64,000 nucleotides of DNA from Haliotis cracherodii (taxonomy: Eukaryota): positions 17,422,001 to 17,486,000 of the forward strand of contig NW_027266286.1 in NCBI RefSeq assembly GCF_022045235.1. Reading direction: 5' to 3'. The position numbers and the translations under genes are program-made. The notes under the pieces are model-generated. The model was given only the letters and a program-made list of their open reading frames with translations. It ran no database searches and was not told the DNA's origin. Of the stretch, positions 39,832-53,626 are shown one piece after another; within the stretch, counting starts at the first letter, position 1, and each line of letters opens with the position of its first letter.

Positions 39832-40393
39832 CTCTGCATCAACCAACCTGTAAATAATGGTATATAGACAGTGTACCTACCCTCCTGGCGTTGGTCTAAG
39901 ACATTCGGAAACATAACAGCCAATGGCGGAGTGAATTATGACATCAACGTTAGGTGCAGGCTCTTGGGTGTTTCAGCAGGTGCATGCGGCGGTCAGTAAT
40001 GACTTGGTTGTGTTGATGGCGCCGACGTATGGTGGGTATGGATGGGAGATCTAATTACGCCGCCAGGACAAGTCGACATACAGGATTGTGGACAAATCAG
40101 TCTTAGTGCTTTATTCAGTTCAGTGTTCCAGGACTGTGAAGACGCACGCTATATGTCAGGGATCGGTAATTATCACCCGACAGAGATTGTTCAAAGGACT
40201 GAGTGGAGAGATCCATTAGGTTTAATTTAATCGATAGAACAGACGGTGTTTCTCTGGTTGAAGAGTGAGAGCTGTCGCACTTTCCCACATATCGACCTTC
40301 ACCTTTGATTAATACCTACACACAAACCACGAACATAGGGTTAATAACAAGTCTCAGAGTGACCGTCCCTGTAACCAGGGGCAACGTACGTGG

Positions 40394-40429
<36 letters not shown>

Positions 40430-40565
40430 CAAAACAATACCCCCCTACAAACGAATCATGTACTTTTTAGCTATTGAGAGTGACCTCCCCTGTTACCACG
40501 GGCAACGCGCGTCACTACGAATAGCACACGGTTTAAAACAAAGAAGCAATATCGCTTGTGGCCCT

Positions 40566-40674
40566 GGGTCCCGTTTCACAAAGCGTTCGTAGTGCTGGTA
40601 CCATCGTATCTTTCGCTGTTTAGCATAAAAGTATAACTGGCGTATCGCTAAGATGGCTTCTCGAAAAGGGACCC
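40566..40674. mobile_element. Small MITE
   Basis: gggtcccgtttcacaaagc / gcttctcgaaaagggaccc. Confidence 0.55.
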
Positions 40675-41292
40675 TATAATGTCATTTTGAAAAGTTGAGA
40701 ATTTTTAGGAAACATTACAGCACTGCATCCCCACAAAGAGGAGACGTTAAAGGGCGATGTTAGCAAAGAACAAATACGGCGATGCATTATCTGAGCCTGG
40801 TATTTCCCCTCGTTCCTTGAGACCATCCCATTAGCAGCGTCATGCACAACGTTTAACCTTCTAAACAGTCGATGGAAATGATGTCTTGTTTGACTTGTTC
40901 TTATAGTTACGAAAATCTATATCCTCATATATATTTCATAGGATCATGTTTCAGATAGACAAATATTCCCTGTCTTTGCCATCTAGCGTTATCTTGAAGT
41001 AATCAGTCACAATTAGCACCAGTCGGGGATAGTCCCCCGCGTTGTCTGCGACACGGGGGCAGATGATGGATTGCTGATGCAGGCCGGATTCAGTGACCAA
41101 GTTACGGCACATACGCCTGGTATACTCCATGTACTTTCAGTGGGGTAGTTAGTGACATATTAAGGTGTTTACGGACGTCTCGGATGCGTCGGCCCCGTCA
41201 AGCTGAAATATGTCCTTATGATAGCATGCTAATATTCTGTACGGGTCTCTAGCATTACGCAGATGTCATCAGAGCCTGTGTGAACTGGGCTA

Positions 41293-41628
41293 GGTGAGGC
41301 GAAATTGGGTTTAACGTCGCGTCCATGATTATTGCACTTATATAGCGACATGCGTGCACGTGTGTGTTTGTGTGGCTGCTTGTACTAGTCCGGACTGATG
41401 CCGATTTACTGCTAGCTCACTGAGATACCATGCCGCAGTTTAACATGAATACCCCACTCAGACACAATATACTGACTCCGAGCCGACCAGTCCTAGTTTT
41501 AGCCCCTTAATGCCGAGCGCCAGACAGGATAACAACAAGTACCATCTTTTAACGTCTTTTGGTATGACGCGGCCGGGGATCGAACGCTCTCCGGGCGGAC
41601 GCTCTACCACTGGACCACGGAGGCGGTC
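41293..41628 (-). mobile_element. SINE family A
   Basis: TSD-like ctgtgtgaa at 41276 and 41630. Confidence 0.88.
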
Positions 41629-41761
41629 GCTGTGTGAAGTGATAGTCCTATTATTTTATGCCAATTATTTCGCCAATCTTAATGTAGAGCCAGATATAAA
41701 TGAATAAAACCAGTATATATTTAAATAACATCAACGCTGCTTAAAATAATCATGTATAGAG

Positions 41762-41904
41762 AATCTCACCCGAGTGCCTTTTGATATCAAATATATCAAC
41801 ACGAGTTGATAAAAGTAGAAAAATTCGAGGCTTGCCGAGGATTTTTGTCACTTTTATCAACGAGTGTTGATATATTTGATATCAAAAGACACGAGGGTGA
41901 GATT
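41762..41904. repeat. Long palindrome (~55-65-bp arms); one arm also at 16633-16690
   Basis: Arms flank central cgaggcttgccgagg. Confidence 0.9.
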
Positions 41905-44900
41905 TTATTTATCATCCAACATCATTCTTCCAACTTTTTCAATTTGTAGACTCTAATTAGCAGGGTCTTCAGTGTAAAAAGTACTGCTATCAGCTTCAGT
42001 AGCAGAGCCATTAGTGATGTCATTTGATTGTGACGTCATGGTAACCACTGACGTCACAATGGTCTGCAAAGCATTGTGATGTAATTTCATTGCAGCGATA
42101 TCTACAGTGTAGATATCGCTTGATCTAATCCAAGCGATATCTCCTGTGGAAGCCAGTTTTGGATGATAAATTATCTCAACCTCCGTATCTCCAGCTGTCT
42201 CCCTGATGAAAGCCTCCAAGCTGCATCAATAAACCCAGTCACCATACAGGAAAAGTATTAGGCGTGTGGAATATTAGCTCTGAAACAATGTAAATGATTT
42301 TGTTGGTAATATGTATCAATGAAGGCCAGTGTCTAGACTGTATCTTGCGCACAGAATGTGACCATTAAATTGGAGCTGATGTCGCAACGAACCAAGGGAG
42401 CCACATTTAGATGGCTGATGTCTGTGTTGAAGGCAATTGTCTACAGAGGTCATCAAACTACTCGTTAGCAATTCTCGCCAGCCTCGCAACAACACGACTT
42501 CATTTCTCGCTCTGTCTCTATGTACCTAATGAGGTGAGCTCCAATGACTGGTCTCGTTGAATCTCGTTGAATCTCGTTAATTCTCGCTGTGTTTGTGCAT
42601 CACATTAAACATGTAAAAGAGGTAAATCGGTCAGCGCTAGCAAATTTTACTTAAGTCGTTTATCTTATTTAAGTATTAATTTATTGGGCTGATTAAAACG
42701 ATTTTAAGAAGTTGATTACCCTATCTCAGTTTCACACATGGTACTAGTTTCTACAGCTATAGGCTGGCAATGGGCTTCAGAACGCTGGTCGCATCATACG
42801 TTAAAAGATGGCGATTGCCGTATGCCTGCCTGGCGTTAAGTGCTGTTCGGTTCGGAGTCAGTATATCGGGCTGGCACCATAAAACCGTCGTTAGTTCCGA
42901 CCAGAACAAGCAGCCTCCCACACACTCACACGCATGCATGTCGCTTTATAAGTGCACTTATCTTGAAAGCGGCATAAGCTCCATTTCTTCTCACCTCACT
43001 GGGAGCTGACAGGCCGTGGTACAACTGAACCACTGATTCTACTTGGAGTCGAACATGTTCCCACGTTATCCCAACCATGAAGTGAAGACGCGGATACGAT
43101 GGACACTCGCCTCGAGATAGCCTCGCAAGTTGCCTCGTCATCTCCACGAGAAGTGTACAAGCAATTGCTTGTATTTCGCCCCGAGGAGAGGTCGTCAGTG
43201 AGATTAGTAACTGTATACAGGACCATTGTTATTGGAAGCACGATAGACATTATAGTACAGAGTTACTTCCCGGGATGATCAGTCGAGAAGGGAATTTCTT
43301 CAATTACATTTTTGTCTCGAAATAATAACATGGCTCCCCGTGGGACTGTTTCTCCATGTCAGCTACTCATACACGTGTCTAACTTCTTGTTTGCAAGTTC
43401 TACATCACATCATGTTTATGTTTCTTTTGCAATAGAGATAGACACATCCCACACTTAAGACTATTGGCCAAATCAGCCTTAAAGATTCGATTTTATCAAA
43501 CTAGTGCAGGGGACTAGTGGATAATGGTCATAAGTTTGTAGCTAGTTCTGCTTGAACGAGACAAAAATGTTTACCATGGTTACATTTCCTGTAAGGTTTA
43601 TTCAGTTCCAATTTGTAGCAAAACTGAAGCATTGAGAACTGGTTCGGAACTATAGCCCTCAAATGTTACCTGTCAATGGGGACTATCATCATTGAATCTT
43701 TGCTTGTCCTTCCTTAGCACAATGCCGTAGAATGGGGATAGTGGACGATCACGGCTGGCCCACGGACACCGCAATTAGCTCACTCAACCTGCCACCTTCC
43801 CTAACTCTTGACTTTCTCAAATGACTTCTAGCTAATTCACGACATATTTTTTATTGTTAAAGCTTCCGGTACTGTCTCAAAGTACTGTAGCTGCCTAAAT
43901 GCCTAAAGCATAAATGTTTTCTTCCTGGACTGATATCGGATTAAAAGCTAGAAACTAAAAACTATCAATACCGACAATGGCTGAGTATTCGACCTACGTG
44001 TTGATATTCAGGTCACGCCTACGTATGCGTCTCCTTAAGTTTTGTTTGAACTCCCCCCGCGGAAGCCAGATTCCCACACCAACACATTGATTAATAGCAA
44101 CATTTCCATAAATGATATTTTCACACATCCGGATTGTATTGTGATTCGTAGGCAGCCAGCCAGGTGCTGCGCACACAAGGTTAGAGGGGATCACGTTACG
44201 TTCTGACACCCAGAGACACGTGGCGAACAGAACAGAGTAGGACTACCATTTCCCACTCATCTTCCCGAGACAAGCGGAACCACTAGACTATATCAAAGCC
44301 TAATTTATGCCTTTGCAACATCAAGGCCATTTTTCTTGGCTCGACCCTGGCGTCACCTCGCGTAGATCACGAGTTTTGCCCTTTGTAATGAAAACGCGAT
44401 GTCCAACCAGATCGCTGTTCTCATCTCGTATAGCTTCACAAAGATGGCGACTACCATAGGTGACGACCTAGTCGATCAGATAGCGAAAAATTCGCCATTT
44501 CATCCCCGACACAAAAACATAGGCAATCTTTGGGGAGTTTAAAAGATGAAAAAGACATGTTCGGGTCAACGAAGACAGGCAGCCGTAAATCACTTTCATT
44601 CGTGGATGTTGATTTTGTGAAGCGTTCTCTGGTTGTACTATCGATATGTGGTAAAGTCCAATCATATTTAGCACAGGAAAGTGGGCTTGATGTGACAAGG
44701 GTGGAAACAAGACTTTGATAAAAAGGCTAGTAGACGCTATTGCCTCGTTATCTCTAAACCGTCAGCGTGATTTTGCATCATAATGTAAATATGAAATGAT
44801 TGCCAGTGGATGCCCAGCTTGGCCCAGTATCTTAAGCGACATAATAGTAATGGAAAACATGGTAAATATGCGGACCTCGAAATGTCACGCTTCATCACAA

Positions 44901-47534
44901 GTACGACGTTGTTAGACTCCCCATTGCTCTCGGTGCCTTAGGTTTGGTACCTCCCAATCTCTTGACTGACATGGGAAATACAGAATGCTGCAGTATTGGG
45001 GAGTCTTCATATTCCGGAAAAGGTTCTGGGTGGGTTCGACGAGGCAGCGCCCCAAGGGAGACGTCCCATTCGCTGTTTGGGGTGCGTGTAGAGGGGGTAG
45101 GGCTACAGTATGATTACCCCGTCAAAGGATCAGTATGGATTCCATTTCATTCTCATCTCCCTGAGGAGTATACGAACGGAGCTGTCTGTGGGGTGCTAGA
45201 AGGTTAACAGTCACATTGCCATCTTCCTTAGAGCAGAGTGACACGAAAACAATTAGCACCTTTGAGAGATGAAGCACCGGACACCTTCCAGCAGTGAAAC
45301 ACAGATGTGAGTGGCCACTTCCAGAAGTCAACACAGACATACACAAACAAACACAGACATACGCAAACATACACATATATACATAGATAGTGTGTGGGCA
45401 GGGCGATACTCAAAAACATCTGCTTTGAAACACAGATGCACGAGACGCTCTCCAGCTGTAACAGAGACAAGCGACAAGGGGGCACAAGACAGAGTGGTGA
45501 TATCCAAACACTGTGTAATTAATTGATAATGTAGCATTTGTTATGTGCAGAAAACAAATAATTTGTTTGTTACAGAATATTCATCCCAAGGTGGAGCAAT
45601 TCCTATAAATGTGTATAATACGTTTGTCTCTAGATTCAAACAAACTGGATGTGACAACGCTGGAGGACAAGCAACAATATAAACTTCGATGAAGACGCGC
45701 AAACGGTTTTGGACTCACAAAACATTAATTGTCAGACCATCCAGCTCTAGTGGACGAATGTTTTAAGTGCTGAAGCCCGAGGACAAAATATTTTTTCCAG
45801 GAGTTTCGGCATCAGAGTATCTTTGAACCTTTCAGGACCCCAAATCAGTACAAGTTACTTATCAACATACATATCGCGAAGACATTGTGACCAGACGCCT
45901 AAACATGGAAGACCAGTGGCTGAAAGTATCATCCACGATCCAGCCTTCTTGACAAGTCAAGTCACATGACCACCCGATTTCAGATTTTTCAAAGCGGAAT
46001 TTTTTGTGTGACACAAATCCAATAACGTACAGAGTCGGTACTGTAAAATAACACCTGCAAAGACCTAATTCCCAACTGTCACACCTTGAACAGGTCCTCA
46101 TCACCCATATGATCTTGTTTTAGACGGACGTAGAATGTTTTGACCTTGACCTTTACTCTGAAGTTATGAGCATTACCTGCTCATTTGCGAACACCTGGTG
46201 CCATTACTCTATCTCTTGGATGTCGTTCCGTTTTCTTTGGGCGCCTTATGATTACCAACGTCTACTCATTTACATTACATAAGTTCTTCACACAGGGCAA
46301 GACGCAAAAAATATCCTTTGCCTCCCTGTGACGTGAATATTGATGACATGAACGTCAATCTGTGCGATACTTTCGTCACTACTACTTTGAACTAAGATAC
46401 ATCCTTGCCTGGTTTGGTGAGATTATCGTCAAAATGAAACGAAGCACGTGAAACACAATGTCCTTTCAGTTCCCAATCTTCTTTTTACTTCAAATGTCAA
46501 ATGAGACAACATTCTATGCTTAGCGACGCGTAGAAAACAACAATTTCTCATTGGCCATAGTTTTGCTAATTTCCTTTTGGTGGCGTGTGACCACGTGACT
46601 GTCCATCACCGTCTCACGTTTTAGGTGTTAAACAGAGAAGCTCCCTAATATCGCATGGCGGGAATTCAACAGGCTTCCATCGAGGCCGTGTAAGTAAGTC
46701 TTCAGAAGGAAATTGCTGACGCGAACAAAACGGGCAATTCCTATTTCATTTTTCAGACTTCCATCGAAACTAATGCCGTTCTGAAGTTGTTTTCACACAA
46801 ACCAGGACGATATTTTATTCATTCGTCAACATTCGTGTCATTCCGGGACAAGTCGAATGGCGACTCGTGCCCCTCTCATGGCCATGTAATCAACTTGATA
46901 GGTTCGCACAAACGGGCATAAGGACAACAAATTGTGGATTTGTGGTACCACATCCGTATTTACCCTGTTGGTTTACATGGATATTTTCTGAATGTAATAC
47001 TGCCGCCATTGACTGCTACTTGTCATTCAGCATGGTGAAACAAATGCGACTGTCATTTTCGTGTTTAAAACTATACATATTTACAAAAATGTATTATGGA
47101 TGCTTCCATTTTAACCAAAGCACTTAGAGCTTACGCGCATCCGGACTTCGTTGTTGTGGTCTCTTAAGACATAGCATTGATCTATAGGGGAACGATTTTT
47201 CCCGCAGGTTACGGAAAACGGAAAGGGGCTGAGTGGGGCTGAGTGGTTTAGTGCTCATGCGCACGCGCATGCGCATGTTCACGCAGGGCGCAGAGACGGG
47301 GAGGACAAAGAACAGTTCTGTATGCGAGGACGGAATGTTGGTGATTTTCTGATGAATCAGATAGTACTGTGTCAAATGTGGTAACTTCAATTTTATAAAA
47401 CAGCACCATTTACAGAAATAGCATGAGAGAGGCCAAATATTACCTACGAGGTCTTATCACTCATATTTTCTGTGTTGTAAATATGTCCATAACATTCAAT
47501 ACATTATCTGATACCGAATTTTCATTTTCATATG

Positions 47535-47961
47535 CGACCGCCCCAGTGGTCTAGTGGTAGAGCGTCCGCCCGGAGAGCGGCAGCTCCGAAGTTGGATCCC
47601 TGGCCAGGTCATACCAAACGACGTTAAAAGATGGTACTTTTTGTTACCCTGCCTGTCGCTCGGCATGAAGGGGCTGAAACAGGGACTGGTCGTAGTATGC
47701 TGTGTATCAGTGGTGAATTCATGTTAAACTGCGGCATTGTATCTCAGGGGGCTAGCACTTTATAAAATCGACATCAGTCNNNNNNNNNNNNNNNNNNNNN
47801 NNNNNNNNNNNNNNNNNNNNNNNNNNNNNNNNNNNNNNNNNNNNNNNNNNNNNNNNNNNNNNNNNNNNNNNNNNNNNNNNNNNNNNNNNNNNNNNNNNNN
47901 NNNNNNNNNNNNNNNNNNTGCAATAATCTTGGAAGCAACGTTAAACCCCATGTCACCTCAC
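47535..47961 (+). mobile_element. SINE family A spanning the assembly gap
   Basis: Head and body before the Ns, tail after. Confidence 0.8.
47780..47918. other. Assembly gap (139 N)
   Basis: Direct; falls at the CA tract of a SINE. Confidence 1.
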
Positions 47962-47964
47962 CCA

Positions 47965-48410
47965 ATACTTTCATATGCAGTGGTACAAATCAAGAGTTAT
48001 CCAATCTCCGAGCAATTCAACAAATGAGATTTGACTGGCTTCTAATCTGTAGATTGGTGGACATCCAGTTTCTTCTAAACAACTCATCGCATTATCCGGT
48101 TGCTCCATCCATTGCCAGTTACAACATCCCCAAAATAGACGCAGCATATCAACACTATCCACCATGGATTCAGCTTATTTCATCCTTCGTTCAGTTATCA
48201 GTGTAGAACAATGGTTGCTGGAGTATGGAGAGAACCTAACCAACACTGCTTCATTAAGGATAATTTTAAGGCCAAAGCCAACGAGTGAAAAACAGAAATA
48301 ATTGCTGATGGATATCCAGTTCTCGTGGAAGACACATGTATAACATTGATCTAGTCTGATCAACTTTAGGGAACATTCTAAACTATTTACATTCCCTTCT
48401 AGCACGCAAC
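47965..48410 (-). pseudogene. Possible LINE endonuclease fragment
   Basis: Weak remnants (LEGNVNSL..KL, CVFHENWI resembling CFTETWL); heavily decayed. Confidence 0.3.
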
Positions 48411-48536
48411 AAGGTGTCGTTATATCTAGCGACGAGCGATTGAATATGAAAATTATGCCCTTTTGAGCAGTATTTCAGTTATTTCCCGGCAGAGGTCATC
48501 AGTAATCCTCACAGTTTGTACCGGCGTGGCATGATC

Positions 48537-48997
48537 CATGGCCACCAGTGGAGGGAACACACGCACAGCCAGGTTAACCCACTGGGTTCATTCAACGCTG
48601 CTGACAAGTATGCATGGCCACCGGTGGAGGGAACACACGCACAGCCAGGTTAACCCACAGGGTTCATTCAACGCTGCTGACAAGTATGCATGGCAACCAG
48701 TGGAGTGAACACACGCACAGCCAGGTTAAGCCACAGGGTTCATTCAACGCTGCTGACAAGTATGCATGGCCACCAGTGGAGGGAACACACGCACAGCCAG
48801 GTTAACCCACAGGGTTCATTCAACGCTGCTGACAAGTATGCATGGCCACCGGTGGAGGGAACACACTCACAGCCTGGTTAACCCACAGGGTTCATTCAAC
48901 GCTGCTGACAAGTATGCATGGCCACCAGTGGAGGGAACACACGCACAGCCAGGTTAACCCACAGGGTTCATTCAACGCTGCTGACAAGTATGCATGG
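48537..48997. repeat. 76-bp minisatellite, 6 copies
   Basis: catggccaccagtggagggaacacacgcacagccaggttaacccacagggttcattcaacgctgctgacaagtatg. Confidence 0.95.
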
Positions 48998-49547
48998 GCA
49001 CTAGAGTAGCATGATCCAGAACATAAACTGACAGGGAGGCGTGGAGGCCTCCCCAGTAGGCTATATCAACGCATAATGCAATTTACCCGCAGTAGGCTAT
49101 TCCCCTACAGCCGTCTAATGCCCTTCGGTAAGGTACTTCACCGCATAATGCAATTTCCCATCTGTAATCTATCCCCCACAATCACCCATTTCCCTTCTAT
49201 AGGTTATTTTACAACGAAACACAATTTCCCTCAGCAGGCTATTTCCCAACAGTAGGGTATTCCCCCACAATTGTATTTTCCCCTCAGTAGGTTTTCACCG
49301 CAATAAAGTAATTTTCACCACAGAAGACCGTACCCCATCAATAGATTATTTCTCTCAGTTGCCTATTTCACCATAAAATGCACTTCTCCACAGAGGGGTA
49401 TTCTCCAACAATCATCTTTTTCGCCTCAGTGGATTATATTGCACCTCAGTAGGCCATTCCTCCACAACTGTCTATTTCCCCTAGTAAGCTATTTCTTACA
49501 CAATACCTAAAGGCTACTAAGGATTCCCCTCGTCACCTATGGAGTCC

Positions 49548-50856
49548 TACAGCTACAACTTTCCAACTTTAAACATGAAATTGCTAAAAACTAACAACAA
49601 AAACTATATCAATGCGAAACACATTGCCCAAACACAACAATGCTCTATGCAGTAAATGATATACGCCCACGGCACGTTTATTATGTAGAAAATGTGAGAA
49701 ACACGAGCTGCTTGGGCAGCCGAAACTAGAGGTGCAATAAGCGGGCCCTGGGTATGATACAGATGGAAGCCACCCATCCCCACATTGCTGTAACTAACCT
49801 GATGCTACAGAGAGACAGGCAAACACCAGACAGGCCAAGAACAGCCAGACCAAGGGTAGCTACGCCCAATGATGTCTGGTACTTGCGTACTTTGCATCTG
49901 ATTCCTGACAGTGACGTCATCAGCGACGAGGTTTATAGTTAGTCGACAGACAGTGGACATGCGACTCAGGGCTCAAAGATTTGGGGCTTACAAACCTTAC
50001 AGAGGACAGTTATTGAAAACGCAACATCATCGTCAGAGATTCATCGGAGATGGGCCCGGACTACACATCGTTGGCAGCGACGTGACTGGCAGAGGGTCGT
50101 CTTCACTGATGAAGGCCGGTTCTGTCTGTTCAAAGCTGATGGAAGACAACGTGTTTACCGCCGATGGGGAAAACGAACGGCGGCATGTTGCGTTCAGGGG
50201 GTCGTTCCGTATGGTGGAGGGGAGGAATTTGTGCGTAGGAAAGAACACCACTGGTCATCGTTAACGGAAATGTGAATGACATTATTCTACCAATCTACCT
50301 TTTGTGCAACAGCTGCCACGTGGTGTCCTTTATCAGCATGACAGCGCTAGATCACATACAGTCTGATTCGTACATAGCTTCCTTGCAGCCAACAACGTCA
50401 ACGTGTTGCCGTGACCTGCACGCTCCCCAGACATATCCCCCATAGAACACCACTTGGATGTCATGGAGCGTCGTGTTCGGCACGACCGCATCCTCCAACC
50501 AACCGACAAGAAATGATCAAGGCCCTCCAAGAAGAATTTTGACGTAGATATTGACGTTTTTGCGAGTCTTGTAGCCGTGGGTGGTCACACACGCTATTAA
50601 TGTGATGTGTAATTTAACTTAAGCGATTTTAGATGTGTGTGCCCTCGTCCATTACGTTGAAAGCTTTGTTTTGCTGCCCCACCTCAATTCGGACAACTGT
50701 CATGCCAATATCGTATGTTGTATTACCGTAATTTAAGTGATGATTTCGTTGAGATTTTTATTTTTTACTTCAATGTTCTTCATCCTTCTATCTTTAGTGG
50801 TTTTTATCATAGAGTGATTTGAAACAATTGTTAAGTTTCTGTTAGCCGTCAGTGTA
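49548..50856 (+). mobile_element. Tc1/mariner transposon fossil
   Basis: DRPRTARPRVAT, SRQTV..RL, WQRVVFTDEGRFCL, YQHDSARSH, P.RSPDISPIEH, GGHTRY*; right end ...ccgtcagtg-TA; left end uncertain. Confidence 0.88.
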
Positions 50857-51566
50857 TGTCCATTGTTTCCGTTTTGTGTGTCCAATTCCAGCCTGTTAAC
50901 TTACGGCCTGTGTGAAGTTGGGTGATGTATTGCTTTGGGTAAGGTAGTATCTTATCACCCACGCCTCTGACTAAAGAAAGTTCCCTCAGTCTAAAGTTCA
51001 GGCAGTCATGTTATGATCACAGCAAACACGTTTTTCAATTATGAAGTTATGTTTATCCTTGCCCAATTACAACCTCATCTATTGCTGAACTTGCCTCCCT
51101 GAAAACCTGCCACTTCGCTCTCAGCGTCCTATACATAATGGATGGTGGTTGACAACGTCTTGACTGCCTCATCCACGCTCACTGCAGGAGGCGTGACGTG
51201 TTCCAGCAACATGAAATATGAAACTTCTAGTGGTTAGATTGATCACAATGTACCAACATGTAGGCCTACCCTACCCTACCCTACACTACCCAACACCCAC
51301 CACTACACGACTCCATATCCTACTCCCCCACCCTTGCCTCACCCATAATCCCTATCCCAGCCACCACCCTATAATACCAAACACCCACTCCCTTGCCACA
51401 ACCCCTTCTCACCTATCACACCCCCACACCCTAATCCCATACTCCAAACTCAACCTCCCCGCTACTCCACTCATTGACCTCTAACCTACTCCCTTAGCCT
51501 CCGCGCCATAAGCCCTCGCCCTATCCTACCTACACACACACCCTGGCTCCTATCCACCCTTCTGCC

Positions 51567-52220
51567 CACCCTATCCGACCATCCTATCCGACCACCCTAT
51601 CCGACCATCCTATCCGACCACCCTATCCGACCATCCTATCCGACCACCCTATCCGACCATCCTATCCGACCACCCTATCCGACCACCCTATCCGACCAGC
51701 CTATCCGACCCACCCTATCCGACCACCCTATCCGACCCACCCTATCCGACCACCCTATCCGACCCACCCTATCCGACCACCCTATCCGACCCACCCTATC
51801 CGACCCACCCTATCCGACCCACCCTATCCGACCCACCCTATCCGACCCACCCTATCCGACCACCCTATCCGACCCACCCTATCCGACCACCCTATCCGAC
51901 CCACCCTATCCGACCCACCCTATCCGACCACCCTATCCGACCACCCTATCCGACCCACCCTATCCGACCACCCTATCCGACCACCCTATCCGACCCACCC
52001 TATCCGACCACCCTATCCGACCACCCTATCCGACCCACCCTATCCGACCACCCTATCCGACCACCCTATCCGACCACCCTATCCGACCACCCTATCCGAC
52101 CCACCCTATCCGACCACCCTATCCGACCACCCTATCCGACCACCCTATCTGCCCACCCTATCCGACCACCCTATCCGACCACCCTATCCGACCCACCCTA
52201 TCCGACCACCCTATCCGACC
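51567..52220. repeat. 13/14-bp minisatellite
   Basis: caccctatccgac(c). Confidence 0.97.
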
Positions 52221-52712
52221 AGCAACTACTCTATGGAATGTAACACACTGTCACTGCCGCAAGTACCCAGCTTCCTATACACGGGGTGGTCGTGATCCGG
52301 GTCGTTATGATATGCGTGTTACAAGATCGGCAGAACACAATCAATGTCTTCACATTTGATGCGAGGAAGATTGATTGTCTTCATTGCCGGTTTAAAGTAT
52401 CACAGCGGAAGATCAACGGTATCAACGTTTGTCCCAGTATGATTGTCAACAAGACAAGATGGCGGTGTATATTTGTACCACTGCAAAATAGCGGTGTATA
52501 ATTCTATACCTATATATTCTTACCATTGCAAGCCCGCATGTCCACAAGATTGTTGGACTTCACAGGTCAAGGTTATGCTGTCTGAAAGGCTGACCAGTGG
52601 ATGAATAGATACACTATACATATTTGCTGCGAATGCGCTACCTGAAAATGGTGTTGGTAACATCAACCTGTTCAAGTCGACTTCAACATTCAACCGATTC
52701 TAATTTTCTTAG

Positions 52713-53068
52713 GTGAGGTAAGGTGAGGGGGTTTATCGTGGCGTCCAAGATTATAGCACTTATGCAGCGACGTGCATGTACGTGTGTATGTGTTTGTGTG
52801 GCTGCTTGTACTAGTCCGGACTGATGCCGATTTATAGTGCTAGCACACTTAGATACCATGCTGCAGTTTAACATGAATGCCCCACTCAGACACAGTATAC
52901 TGACTCCGAGCCGACCAGTCCTAGTTTTAGCCCCTTAATGCCGAGCGCCAGACAGGGTAACAACAAGTACCATCTTTATACGTCTTTTGGTATGACGCGG
53001 CCGGGGATTGAACCCCGGCCCTTCCTCTCTCCGGGTGGACGTTCTACCACTAGACCACGGAGGCGGTC
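52713..53068 (-). mobile_element. SINE family A, full length
   Basis: TSD taattttcttag (52701-52712, 53069-53080). Confidence 0.9.
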
Positions 53069-53396
53069 TAATTTTCTTAGAATTAATTATCTCTAAAGTA
53101 AATTTGATTACGAAATATTTGATGTGACATGAGAAGCCAGCACAGTCTTTGATTGTGAATACCCAGATGTGCGTCTCTGTCAGCTGTGCAGACTGACTGG
53201 CCCTCCGTCCCTTGCTCTGTGTAGCCTTGACGCGTGAACGCAGATCAGAGCGACAGGTGCTCGCCAAAAGTCTTCCGGTAAATCATATTCCATGCACGTA
53301 AATATCGTGTGTGCATCCGCGGCTTTACCATCACGTCAGGTGCTTTGGTAATGTCAAGGTCGTGGTGACACTGGTATCTCAAGGTCAGGAGTGTCA

Positions 53397-53626
53397 GGAT
53401 GTTGACTGTGAAGATGTCGATTGTGAGTGTCAATTGTGACGATGTTATTGTGAGGATGTTGATTGTGAAGATGTTATTGTGAGGATGTTGATTGTGAAGA
53501 TGTTTATTGTGAAAATGTTGATTGTGAAGATGTCGATTGTGAGTGTCAATTGTGACGATGTTATTGTGAGGATGTTGATTATGAAGATGTGTATTGTGAT
53601 GATGTCGATTGTGAAGATGTTGATTG
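53397..53626. repeat. ~15-bp degenerate tandem repeat
   Basis: gatgttgattgtgaa. Confidence 0.88.

Noticed and set aside
48537-48997. CRISPR-like array or hammerhead-containing retrozyme in the 76-, 53- and 79-bp repeats
   Set aside because: Head-to-tail units without unique spacers; no CTGATGA...GAAA core; eukaryotic context with no cas genes.
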